Below are positions 14,604 to 27,171 of a DNA stretch of 64,000 bases, one piece after another. The notes under the pieces were generated by a model. It saw only the letters and a list, made by a program, of their open reading frames with translations, made no database searches and was not told the DNA's origin. The stretch's first letter is position 1. Every line of letters starts with the position of its first letter. The stretch lies in NCBI GenBank assembly GCA_050084515.1, contig CM114271.1, positions 16,058,001 through 16,122,000 on the forward strand, given 5' to 3'. The DNA is from Blasia pusilla. Lineage: Eukaryota. Made by a program: the position numbers and the translations under genes.

Positions 14604-16345
14604 TTCCCATTTCAACTCATAATAAATGTTTTCCAAATGAAGAAATTCACGGAGTATGGAAAGGTATTTTTTTCAAGTCTTCTTTACTAACGAAAGGAAT
14701 TCTATTTATATGAGTTTTGTACACTTGGCTCCCCCTACATGCAGATTGCATTCCGCCACTTAACCCTGATAAATGGAAGTTACTATGCACTCGTCTAAAA
14801 ACGGAAGGTCGTCATACCTTTAACCAATATAGATTATATGTGGTAGTAATTTTTTTTAAGATACATGAGAAAATGTTTTAATTATCATAATGTTGTCCGT
14901 TAAGCTTATGAAGGAATGAAGAATATTAAATTTTGATCTATTCAATGGAAGAAATTCCAAATTGTGGGCTTTTAATTTCCTATATTATACAATTTATTAC
15001 GCTAATATTATATAACCAAGTAATAAGGGGAGAATAAAAGCAATCTAAAAAATTGCAAAAGCAGCAAATAATTTTAGATGAGACAAGGATAGTTTGATTT
15101 CATCCTTTTGGTATATGTTATTGTGCGCATATACATCGCTACACAAATGGCTCTTCCCCCAAATATAGCCTCCAAATGATAACGTGTGTGTACAGGTTAC
15201 CTTGTGATGGTTGACTCGGTCAACAAGTGACTTGGGGAAAGTAAAATGCACGTTATCTACCGGTAGGCTAACTAAGATGTGACAATGTCTATTGTAATGT
15301 TTAATAGTGTTGGCTCAAAATGCGATTAATCATATTGGTTGAGAATGCCATGAGGGGAGTTTGAAAAAGTAAGAGGAACACTCCAATACTAGTGTATATT
15401 TCAAAGTTTAGGTAATTATAATGTCGATTTCATATATGAATTTAAATTATGAAACCTTTCTAAACTATATGACTTGTAAGGTCTCTATAAGATATATAAA
15501 GACAATCATGATATTCTTTCTCCCTACCAAATATGATATGATTAACATATTCTTGACATATTTTGAACTAAAAAAGTGATTTTCTTTTCTTGGTTGAGAC
15601 TCTTAGGAAAAGGAAACGACGATATCATATTTTCCCAATTAATATGCAATTAAAATAAATATTGAAGTAGTGATACGTTTTTGGGTTCAAATTTTTAACA
15701 TACAAAATATAATATGTAGTGATAGGAGTGAAATTTTGGATATTAAATTGGTGTTTCCACAAACTTTGAATTTACTTCTATCAAGGCAATTTCAAACAAA
15801 GTTTTCAAATAAGATATTCAAATGAAATTCCACCCACAAAATTTTGAAAATATCCAAGATATATAAAACTAGAATGTTGGGGTTTTTTTTAAAGCATGCA
15901 TCTCATTGGCATAACAACTACTTAAAGTAATTAAAAAATATACTGCAAATTTGTAAGATGTTACATTTTAAAGTCCTATAGTTTCGAAAGGTTTCATAAT
16001 TTAAATTCATATATGAAACCGACATTATAATTACTCGCATTTTGAACCAACACTAGTAAATATTACAACAGACATTGTCACATCTTCGTTAGCCTACTGA
16101 TAGATAACATGTGTTTTACTTCCCCCAAGTGATCGGTTAACCGAGTCAACGATCATCAGGTAACCTATATACACATGTTATAATTTGGAGGCTACTTCTG
16201 GGGGAAGAGCCATAATACCTTTTGTTAGTAAATGTATTATAATAATAATACCTTTCATTAGTAAAGAAGACTTGAACAAAATGGCTTCCTATACTCCTTG
16301 AATTTCTGCAATTAGCAAACATTTATTATGAGTTGAAATAGGAAA
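14604..16345. repeat. Long imperfect inverted repeat (foldback)
   Basis: 14604-14697 pairs with 16251-16345, 15148-15330 with ~16030-16213, and 15413-15475 with 15971-16033 (e.g. gatgtgacaatgtct / agacattgtcacatc). Confidence 0.9.
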
Positions 16346-16849
16346 TCTATTGGTATATATGACACAACATGATTGTCATGGCGTGAGTATTTACTCTATA
16401 CATGAAAAAGAATACACTAAAAAATAAATTTATGATAAACAAAATTTATGCTTATGAAGAATCAGCCAAAAAAACTACTTCCACAAACTTTGAATTTACT
16501 TCCATCAAGCCCATTTCAAACAAAGTTTGAGCTCAAAGGCTAGGTTTGAAAGCAAGTATACAACCAAGAATCATTTTGGTGACCAATTCTTTATATTTTG
16601 CCACCTTCTCTCCTCCTTCTCAACTTTCTTCATGTATGCTGCTAACCGTTCTTCACATTGAAGGTTTTCAACATAAGCCATACATTCTGCCCTATCTTTC
16701 TCCTCTTGTTCAAGGATAGCACATTTGATGTAGAACTTATCCCTCTCCTCTGCACATTTTTTTAATTTTGCTTCCTCTTGTGAAATTTTTTCCAACTCTA
16801 ATTCTTCCTCTAATTTAGCTTTCCTAACTTTCACCCTTCGTCCTATCAG

Positions 16850-18760
16850 ACGTCTCCACTCGCATTCTCCAAGATTGGCATGATGTTCAATGAATCAGGT
16901 ACGTCCGGCTAGTTCATAACATCGGGAGGCATACCGGCATCGCTTTGCAAAAGAGAACTTGTGCCAATACGATCTAAAACGGTCGACGTCCTCAAGTGGG
17001 GACTAGCATGAAGGGCAAGACAATGGCGTTCGCTCAATTGGCGGTCAAGGGCGTTCTGGAAATGGCATTCCCTTATTTGATAAGCACGAAAAGCATTCTG
17101 GCATCGCTCTGCCATAGAGAAATTGCAAAATCACTCATAGTTATTGATTCAGCCTCTACCATTGAGCATCCTAAACTCCTACATGTTGAAATTTATATTT
17201 TGTATATACGGTTGTCATATTTCTTGACAGACGACTCCACCCGGATTCTCCAAGATTGGCATGATGTTCAATGAATCAGTGGCGTCCGGCCAGTTTATTA
17301 CATCGGAAGGCATTCTGGCATCGCTCCGCAATAGAGAAATTGCAAAATCACTCATAGTTATTGATTCAGCCTCTACCATTGAGCATCCTAAACTCCTACA
17401 TGTTGAAATTTATATTTTGTATATACGGTTGTCATATTTCTTTGACGACTCACCCGGATTCTCCAAGATTGGCATGATGTTCAATGAATCAATGGCGTCC
17501 GCCGATTCATTACATCGGAAGGCATTTCGCATCGCTCATAATAGAGAAATTGCAAAATCACTCATAGTTATTGATTCAGCCTCTACCATTGAGCATCCTA
17601 AACTCCTACATGTTGAAATTTATATTTTGTATATACGGTTGTCATATTTCTTGACAGACGACTCCACCCGGATTCTCCAAGATTGGCATGATGTTCAATG
17701 AATCAATGGCGTCCGGCCAGTTCATTACATCGGAAGGCATTCTGGCATCGCTCCGCAATAGAGAAATTGCAAAATCACTCATAGTTATTGATTCAGCCTC
17801 TACCATTGAGCATCCTAAACTCCTACATGTTGAAATTTATATTTTGTATATACGGTTGTCATATTTCTTGACAGACGACTCCACCCGGATTCTCCAAGAT
17901 TGGCATGATGTTCAATGAATCAATGGCGTCCGGCCAGTTCATTACATCGGAAGGCATTCTGGCATCGCTCCGCAAACGAGAAATCGTGCCAATACGATCT
18001 ACAACGGTGGACATCCTCAAGGGGGGACCAGAATGAAGAGCAAGACAATGGCGTTCGCTCAGTTGGAGGTCAAGGGCGTTTTGGCAATGGCGTTCGTTTA
18101 TTTGATAAGAACAAAAAGCATTCTGGCATTGCTCAGCAACAGAGAAATTGCGAAATCACGCATAAGTATTGATTCAGCCTCTACCATTGATCATCCTCAA
18201 CTCCTACATATTGAAATGTATATTCTATACATAAGGTTGTCATATTTCTTGACAGACGTCTCCACCCAGATTCTCGAAGATTGCCATGATGTTCAATGAA
18301 TCAATGGCGTTCGGCCAGTTCATTACATCGGAAGGCATTCTGCCATCGCTCTGCAAACGAGAAATCGCGCCAATACGATCTACAACGGCGGACATCCTCA
18401 AGGGGGACCAGCATGAAGAGCAAGACAATGGGGTCGCAATAAGTCCACAAAGGCAAGCATATACATTTGCCACAAATAGTGAAGTCAGGAAATGCTTTGG
18501 AGGACACATTGATGATACAGATAGCTCTTGATTGAGGATCTATCGTTGAGGCCTCTACCATTGAATCATCAATCATCTTAAACTCCTACATATTGAAATA
18601 TTTATTCTAGATAAATAACTTTCATATTTCTTAACATACATCTCTACCCGGATTCTCAAAGATTAGCATGTTGTTCAATGAATCAATGGCGTTCGCTCAG
18701 TTGATTAGATCGAAAAGCATTATGGCATCGCTCCGCAAGAGAGAAATTGCGCCTGCACCA
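16850..18760. repeat. Tandem array with a short (~217 bp) and a long (~381 bp) unit
   Basis: Anchor ttctccaagattggcatgatgttcaatgaatc (the last two copies are variants) at 16865, 17246, 17459, 17673, 17890, 18271 and 18653. Spacings are 381, 213, 214, 217, 381 and 382. Confidence 0.95.
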
Positions 18761-19644
18761 ATACGATCCACAATAGTGGATGGCCTCAAGGGGGAAGCAG
18801 CATGAAGAGCAAGACAAAGGGGTGGCAATGAGCGCAGTTTTGCGCCCACGGAGATTTCTTCAATCAAGAAGTACTTCAGGGAACACGTAGCCTCTACCAT
18901 TAGAGCAACCATACAGATCCAACAACTTTTCCTTTGGTTGAGATTACTCACACAAAGAAAACACAATGGAACATAGATCACAGCAAGGGCTCTGTGCAAA
19001 TTTGCAGTAGCAGCATGAATAACGCTCCGCGCAGCTCCCGTCCTGCCTCCGCACCCAGGGTCCCCTTGCACTCTGCTTGCGTGGGCCATCCTTTGCTCCG
19101 CTTATATGCTCAGAATTTGAAATTCAAATTCCATATGGCCTTGCCATCTATGTCAATGGGCGGGCCATGGGATTAAAAATTCATGCCATGCCATGAACAT
19201 GAAATAACCCCCAACTAGTGCGGATATCCGAACCCAAGTAATAGCGGAGCGGGCGGACGGGAAAGAGGCGTCGGGAAAATGTTTCGCATCCTCCCTATTC
19301 CGACACGGCCAAAGGACTCCTTTCTGACCCGGGCGTGCTCACGGGTCACGAAAGAGCAATTAATGCTCTGTATTCTTTCTCTATTATGAGGCGGGGGAAA
19401 GGGGGGGGGAGGGGGGAGGGGGCCATCGCCGCCCGCCGCCTGTCCGCCACCGGCCGCCCGTCCGCCCAACGCCGCTTGTTCGCCACCTGCCGTCTGCCCG
19501 TCACCGTCCGCCGTCCGTCTGTCGCCGCCCGTTAGCTCTCGTCGCCGCCCGTCAGCTCTCTTTTCTTCTCTCTCTCGACACCCTCACTCGCGTACATCCG
19601 ACGCTCCACCACACACTACACTCGGCTGCTGTCCCGCTTCAATC

Positions 19645-21500
19645 TGTACCACCAAAATCTGAGAAAAACGGACAGCGCTTCCGCCCACGGCCTTCCGAAC
19701 AGAAAAATGAAAAACACCCGCAACACACGCGTCTCTTGGGGCTCCCGACCAAGGAAACTCGCTTGCCTACCTGCAAACAACGAATTCCCACCAGCCCCCT
19801 GACATCTTTCTCATGTAAAAATAAAGAGTAGTAAAAACGGCACACCCGGCCTAAAACTCCACTCCTCAATCTACATCGGCATATCGAGCCTCGTTCATCC
19901 TGTGCTATCAAGGAATCCGGATGCTAGCACCCTAGTCCTAGCTCACACACATACAAGGGAGGTGCTCCAACCGCCCAACATGAGAAAGATGGCTTAGGAA
20001 AGCCATCTTCCTCTCTTATATAGGGTTGGGAAGAGCCAAAAGGCTCTTCCCCTAAAAATAGCCCTTCCCTTGGTAACCTGCGTGCACAGGTTACCAGGGG
20101 CGGATGACCTGGTCAGCAAGTCACCCGGATGTAAAATACCTCAACATGAAAGTTGTCAAAAATGATGTTCTTGACACAATGGATCTATCCTCAACCTCAT
20201 CCGAAACCGTGGGACAAAGTTACACTCAAGATAGTCCGCTGGCTCCTACGCCCTATCCACGATAGATCTTGGCCTATCGGCTACTCAGATGTGACAACGG
20301 AGACGGACCCTCTCCATCCGTGTCGGCTCCCTTGGCATGTCTCAGCTCTGGTGTTGCGGCGGATCCGCTCTCTCGTTGCTCTTCGAGTTCGATGTGTCAA
20401 GGTTTTTCCCAAGATTGGTGCTCCGTCGAGATTTGCTCAACTACTGATGCTCGTTGGTGGGGTTTCTTAGAAGGTTTTTGTTCGAGTCGAGGAGCTGGTC
20501 GCTGAGTTTGGGCCGTTGTTTGGGTAGAGGTCTTGTTGATCTTTTCGATTTGAGGAGCTCATCTTGGACAAGGTTTGGTGTTCGAGTCAAAGAGATATTC
20601 GCCGAGTTCAGGCCGTTGTTCGGGCCGAGGTCCTGTTGCTTGGTCGTTGATGCGAGGTCCGATGCGGTCAAGGAGCTGGTCGCCAAGTTTGGGCCGCTGT
20701 TTGGGTCGAGGTCCTATTGTTGGGTCGTTGTCGCGAGGTCTGGTGGGGTTGCTTCAGGCTTCGAGTTCCTTCGCTGCTGGGCTCAATCAGGCTCCTTCCG
20801 CACTTCGGTGCTAGGCTCAATCAGGCTCCTTCTGCACTTTGGTATTGGGCTCAATCAGGCTCCTTCCGCACTTCAGTGCTGGGCTCGATTGAGCTCCTTG
20901 CCTTCCAGTCTTCGCTGATGCGCTTGCTCAAGTTCTTTCTTTCCATCCGATCTTCAATCTGTTCGAGATCCTGCCTTGTTCCGTTGCCGTTCGTTGCTCC
21001 TTGATTACTGTTGATCCACTTTGAGCTGGAGATCCCGGATTGACAATGGTCTAATCTGGGTACAAGATTTGAAACCAGTGATAGGGATGGAGATTTCTAT
21101 CTGCTTCTGCTTACGCTTGCCACCGAGCGTAGTTGAAGAAACTTATCGGAGATCCCTCGTCGTTGATAATAGTTTGTTTTCCATAGACGTAGAAAGAACT
21201 ATGGCACGCAAAATGATATCCTGAATCGAATCGCGATTGTTCCATGCACAATCTAAAGCTTGGGCAGGCTTGATCCACGCGTGATTCCACGGGCTTGCTC
21301 AGGTTTAGGGTTTTCCACCTGCTCTTCGATGTGTTTCTTCCAGGTCCTGGCTCGTTCCGTTGATGTTCATTGGTCCTTGGTCATTGCTGTTCAGGCTGGA
21401 CATCCCAGATTGACAGTGATCTTATCTGGGTACAAGATTTGAAACTAGTGATAGGAATGGAGATTACTATCCGCTTCCGTTTACGCTTGCCACCGGGCGG
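19645..21500 (-). mobile_element. Probable LTR-retrotransposon relic (LTR-like promoter plus degenerate repetitive internal fragment)
   Basis: Minus-strand TATA (ctatataag, ~20015-20023) flanked by three hairpins. Broken low-complexity minus-strand ORF at 20441-21000 with 34-bp repeats at 20779-20888. Direct repeat of ~95 bp at 21032/21402. Termini and TSD unresolved. Confidence 0.35.
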
Positions 21501-22165
21501 GACATCCAAATTCATCTGTGGGTGCAGCCGTTAGTCTTCCAGCAAGTAACGCGAGGGATTTTTTTCTCGAGATCTCAAGCCTCAGAAGAAGAAAGGCTAT
21601 CCTCTGTCGCGGTCTTTCTCCAAGGTCGCTCCTCCTTTCTTCTCCTATGGTTACGTTTCTCTCTCTTTTAGCTCCTCGTGCATTGGCTTGATTTCGCTCA
21701 TGGATTCAGAAATACGGTCATCATTCAGAAATACGGTGAGCAGGGGCCTTGTGAAATCTTGCTGAAATTAAGCTTTAGCATTCGTCCGTTTCTGCAATGC
21801 TAATGCGGTGGTTCTCATAAGCTTGTTGAATTGTGCTTGTTTTGGGTATTGTGTAGGTTTGAAGGTGATTAGTAACATTGGAAGTCTGTCATCGACATTT
21901 ACTATTTTTGAGCCAGTAGGGGAGGTAGGTTTAAAGCCACCAAGGACAAAGACATTAGGGCCATGTCGGTTCAGCCAATGTTTTAAGATGCCAACGGGTT
22001 GCGGTTGTAGGGAATTCAGGGTAAAAAACCTGAAAACGTGATTGTTCTTCTATTAGGGAACCAGGGATCTTGAGACATGCGTCAGCCCCATAGTAAATAG
22101 CAGTTCAAGTTCAGATTTTTTTTTTAGTTGATATTGTGTGCAAGCGCTCACATCCTCACTCCATA

Positions 22166-24822
22166 ATGTATTTGGATGATTGGATTGTCTTAGGGTTTCC
22201 TTTGGAAACTTATAAGTGTCTAGAACAGGCTGCAATACATGTTGGATTTAATGTTGCATTCTCACCCAAGGCCCGGTTGGTGGGGGACCATGTATGGTTA
22301 GACTCTTATTTCCAAAAGAAGGGATTGACTGAATTTCTAGTGGTGGAAAACCAGGGAGGTAAGATGAATGTTGTCCAAATTAAGGATATAAAACATTTTA
22401 TGGGGGCATCCAAACAGAACATGCTTGCCAAGATTGTTTGTACAATTCGGTTAAAGAGGAGAGTGTCCACCTCTGAGGAGAAGGAACCTGTTTCTTGGGT
22501 TATCAGAGTTACTCCTAAAATTATCTACCTTATCGACTAGACTGATGTGGATGACAAAGCGCCTATTCGGAATGAGCACATTTCAAATTTGTCCAAAGTA
22601 CTGAGTTCCATGGCCCTTCTGAATTTAGCCTGGGGTATTTCTCGATACCTTGCTTCCTTTTGGAATTATTTGTCTTACAGATTTTAGGGTGATTACCTTT
22701 GCAATATTTACATGGTACACCTGAATTCCTCACACATGTATCTTATTGCCCATTGGCACGGCTGACCAATTCGAGTCTTTGTCTTCGTCCTATGTGTAGG
22801 TAGTGGGGGCTCCTCTAGACCTTGACCACCTACGCCATGTTATGTTTAGGGTAGAAGTAGGTTTTCTTATGTTTATGGCCTTGGCACCAATACATAATTT
22901 GGATTGCTTCGATGTTCATACAAATTTTTAATGTGTCTGTATGAAGTAGACATTCTGTAAACGTTTAAGATATAGTATACCCGATGGGAATACTATAGCC
23001 AAAACCACGAATTCTCCTCAAATGGAATTTGGAGAGATGTATCCTATAAATTTTGGTAGGAGTAAGGGGTATGGATGGCAGGAATTCATGAGCTAGATTA
23101 GTTTAGATCTTTAGAAGTATGTTTTTACATTCCAGCTTTGCATTGCAATCGTTGCGAGACATGTGAAGCTTTTGGTTGAATGGGTTTAGTAATACTCTAA
23201 GAAGCACCCGTATGCTTGTATATGTTGATGCGTAGCCGTGTGAGTGAGAACTCGTTGTGGATACACGCCAGGTTGAAGCCCAACCAGCAAACATGTTTGC
23301 TGCATTTTTGGGCAAGAGTGTAGGTCCTCCAGACAAACCAACCTTACAAACCTCTCTTTGGCGGGTCCCGGTGGAGTGGGTTAATTATTGCTACTCAAAG
23401 GAGCATAAGAAATTTGTGTGCCTATGCTCCAAGTGCATTGATTACTTTTGCGGGCCAGAAACTTTTAACTCACACATTGCATCACATTGGTTGAGGTCGG
23501 TGCCTGGAACACCAAGGGCGACTGGTAAGAAGAAGGGGGAAGTAGACAAGGACCGAGATGATATAGAGGATGAAGATGATGGTAAGGGTGGTGGAATTGA
23601 ACTTTCATATGTAGTAAGTGAGATGGTAGCAATGTATGGTGCTCAAATTTCATGATAGCCTTCCTTCATTGCTTTATGTTCCGCCTTGTGCAAGGAACTA
23701 GACTAACCCATCTACAACAAACTTACATATGTGAGAGACTTTATCCCTGAACTTGGCAAGAATGGTAGGTCCGAGAGGAACTAGAGGGCGCCCTTGTGCG
23801 CCCTACCACCACTATGAGAGGATGGATTGAATCAGGCCACAGGCTTCTCCCTTCCACTATCCCTGTAGATAGAGCTAAGCGGTCCACGTATTGGAGATGC
23901 CTAGCTGCTTTCCATCATCTAGTTGTGGTATGGATCATGGATAGAAAGGAACTATACCGGGTGGGATGCTAGAGCCGAAACCAGGAAGAATCAGGTTGAA
24001 CATTCTTTACATGTTCTAGACGAAATGTGCCGAGCACAAAGGCATGCATGGTACATAAGCGAGGAGTACTACCTCCCTTGCTTCAAGTTCAACTACAAGA
24101 TTTGGAAAGAGAAGAGTAAACCTAGCATTCTTGCCAAGTTCAGGGATAAAGTCTCTCGCATATATGTGGATGGAGTCGGTTGCTCCCTTGCTAATGCGGT
24201 TGACCGGGTATAATGCTGCTTCATTTCATGCAAATTTCTCAGCAGGAATTGTTGCCAAGTTATGAGTTCATGATTTCCCATTGTACCCCTTCTACATCCG
24301 CATTGTCTCTAACAAGTTCTAGATGTGCAGGGTGGCATTGATGTGGAAATCATAGATTCTAGTGACTCTGACGGTAGTGATACACATCTCCGAAGTCCCC
24401 AACCCACCATGCATAGGACCAGGCGCCATGTGATAGAGGAGGACCAGGCACAAACTGAGGGTGGTGAGGAGGGTAATGCGGGAGTTCTTGTCGAGGGGAG
24501 TGAGGAGGATAATATTCCGATTCAGAGGCAGAGAAGACCAACAACGCTTCGGACACGTCATGTGCCTAGTGAAAAGGTGCAGAAGTGACAGAAGGGTACG
24601 GTAGGATCTCGGAAATCCTGCCGAATCAACCCTGCAGTTGACGTGGGTGATTCTAGCCCGGTCATGGAGAGTCATGGGCCATGTGATGATGGCCCAATTG
24701 AAGACTCGCATACCCCCGATGAAGTGGTCTTGCAGGCGGATCCATAGATCATGGAGACTGCACCCAAGGGCATGACTAGAGAAGAAAAAGCCCAAAGGAG
24801 GAGGATGATGATGGCTTCATAA
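22166..24822 (+). pseudogene. Accessory gene beside MULE B: canonical C2H2 zinc finger plus acidic low-complexity exons, convergent with the transposase
   Basis: CSKC-IDY-F-CGPET-F-NS-H-IAS-H (23425-23487) fits C-x2-C-x3-F-x5-hydrophobic-x2-H-x3-H. Further fragments at 22166-22540, 23700-24213 and 24325-24822 contain several stops. Confidence 0.5.
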
Positions 24823-26541
24823 CAAGTGTCTTGCATTAAGCTCAATTCTCTGCATGACATTTTTTGATTGTATGTCTTTGGAGCATTTCTAGTAGTTGCA
24901 CTTGTGTTGATATGTTGGAATGTGTTCAGAATCCTGCAGCTGGGAATCTCAAGGATAGGGGCAAGGACCTTGAAGACCCTTTGGTCTTATCGGATCGGGA
25001 GTGTATTGAAGGGTTTAATGCGGACGAATTCCAGGCCACACATTTACCCGAGTTCTGCACTCTAGCATTGCGGCCTCTGGATGGCATGGCTCAAAGTCCT
25101 TGACCACCACAGGGGATGACTTTTTGGTGAGTGTGTAGATATATCATGTGGTTTCCAAGTTTCCTTCTCCTTTGATTTGGTGATTGGCATCTAATATCTC
25201 AGACATGTGTGTGGCGTGTCATTGCAGAGGTTGCTCTACATTTTGCGCCCTTCTCATAGTTTTTGATAGTATTCCTTAGCGATTATCAAGTCATACCACT
25301 CACATGTAAGGTGTCACTTTTCTTGCTCGTCACGTTGGTGTCAAATCTGTTGTGCATATGATGGTTACTTCTATCTGAACATGCTTCTATTGCGTATGTG
25401 TGTGTAGATGACTTTCTGCATCAATTTTCTTGCATTTTAGCGGATGCTCGTACAATCATTTTGCGGATGTTTAGGACTTAGTTCATGACCTAGGTGCATC
25501 TTTAGAGTAAGTATAGGAAAGTAACTACCAGGAACATAGGCTTTGAACTTCTCTCATAGTGCTTTGGACTTATCGTGAAACGGGCAGAATCTGTTCTTCT
25601 TCATGTCTCCACTGATGGTTCTTCTTTTTGGTGCAGGTGCAATGCTAAACTTTTAGGGTTCAGCTTCTGGCCCACATTTTCCCTTACCATGTTGTGTGTT
25701 ATGAAGGTCTATCCAACAAGGTTAGGTTACCTTAGGTGGGCTGTAGGTCATGGTCTTCTGAACTATTATGGAGCAAATGGTATGGACCAAAAGGATACCA
25801 TTGTCAATAAAATTCAACACACAACTTGCAGTGGAATATTTGTTCTTTGTCCCTAAGATTGTACTCTTGGATCATTTCGCAATAAATTCCTCCTTACCTT
25901 ATTCTGATGTGTCTTAGTTGTTATGAATAATCACATGCGCTTCCACTTGTATTTTCTGGTAAACTATGTAATCCACAATGAATCGATGTATGAAAACCAG
26001 GCTTGTCAATTTCAGAATTTTCAATAAAGTAAAGAACTCATGTGAAATCAACTCATAAACAGATGGAGTACATGACACCCTGATCAAAATATAACACAGG
26101 TGTTCCAAATACCCGAAGCAAATACAAGTTTAGGGAACAAAACTGCAGTGGCACCAAAAATGTATGAACAGCAAAATGGAGGTGTTCATTCATAAACACC
26201 TCAAAGTATGTGTTTCAAGGTCATTCGCCTTAAACATCGAACTTTCAATTCTAGCCTTCTTGTTGCGTATCCCCCACTGAAATAATTCTGAAGCCATTGT
26301 GACAATTCTGGTTAGACACGATTTTAATCGTGCCCTAATTAAGGGAAGGTCACCTCGCACTGCTAAATGTTTACAAAGAGGCACAGACCTCAAGGGTAGG
26401 GCTCGTGGGCCTTCTGAGATGTTTTTTTTAGTTACGACCACGGAGGTAGTTAGAACTATATTATAGAAGTTCTCAAAGCTGACACAAACGCGTGGCGGTG
26501 CCGACTTCATGTCCCTAAACGCGAAGCTCACGGTGTTGCCT

Positions 26542-26775
26542 TGGTGACCGTGGTTTGGGTACAAACACTATCCTAAGCAAATAGTACATGGTTACTATGG
26601 TTTAGTTTCGATTCACATAGTAAACTGACTGTGGTTATTAAGGTTTGGATACTTCAATATTAATCGAACTGTGGTAACTATGGTTTGGATACAACTATTA
26701 CTATCCAATACCTTGAAGATGGGGTTATTATGGTTCGCAACTTAACCTACACGATGGTTATTATGGTTTGGATGC
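26542..26775. repeat. Six spaced copies of a ~21-bp motif (consensus TGGTTAYTATGGTTTGGATAC)
   Basis: Copies at 26542, 26589, 26632, 26672, 26722 and 26755, with variable intervening sequence. Confidence 0.8.
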
Positions 26776-27171
26776 TTGCGTACTATCACATGATTGCTAA
26801 ACGTACTGAATTACAATGAACATGAGGCATGGTCCTCTGAACACATTACTCGTGCGTAAACATCCGGACCTTACATAAAGGCTACATTTTTTAATGATGA
26901 ACATCATTAAAAAATGATGTTGTGTTCCCTGGCTAATATGTGAAATTAAAAAATACTTCATCAATCTTGAATCTGTGAGTCCTGGACTACATACAAATTA
27001 TCGGCTCTTCTTACTTTTTTTATATATTTGGCTTCTGTCTGCAACATATCGCTCTTCATCCAACAGACTATCAAGTATGACATCTACAGTGGTTCTCATA
27101 GTAGTAGTGTTGATTTTGTAGTTCTTATCTGGCCTTCTATCTACCTGAGGCCATTATGACTGTTGAGTATT

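Noticed and set aside
16571-16834. Charged 87-aa minus-strand ORF
   Set aside because: Possibly an exon fragment, but it has no ATG start, no recognisable family and no linked exons.
16996-18531. Repeated ORFs MMFNES...WHDVQ
   Set aside because: They come from the tandem array. The 214- and 217-bp units are not multiples of 3, so the frame shifts between units.
26542-26775. CRISPR interpretation of the spaced motif array
   Set aside because: The repeats are degenerate, the spacers short and irregular, and there are no cas genes. Kept only as a motif cluster.
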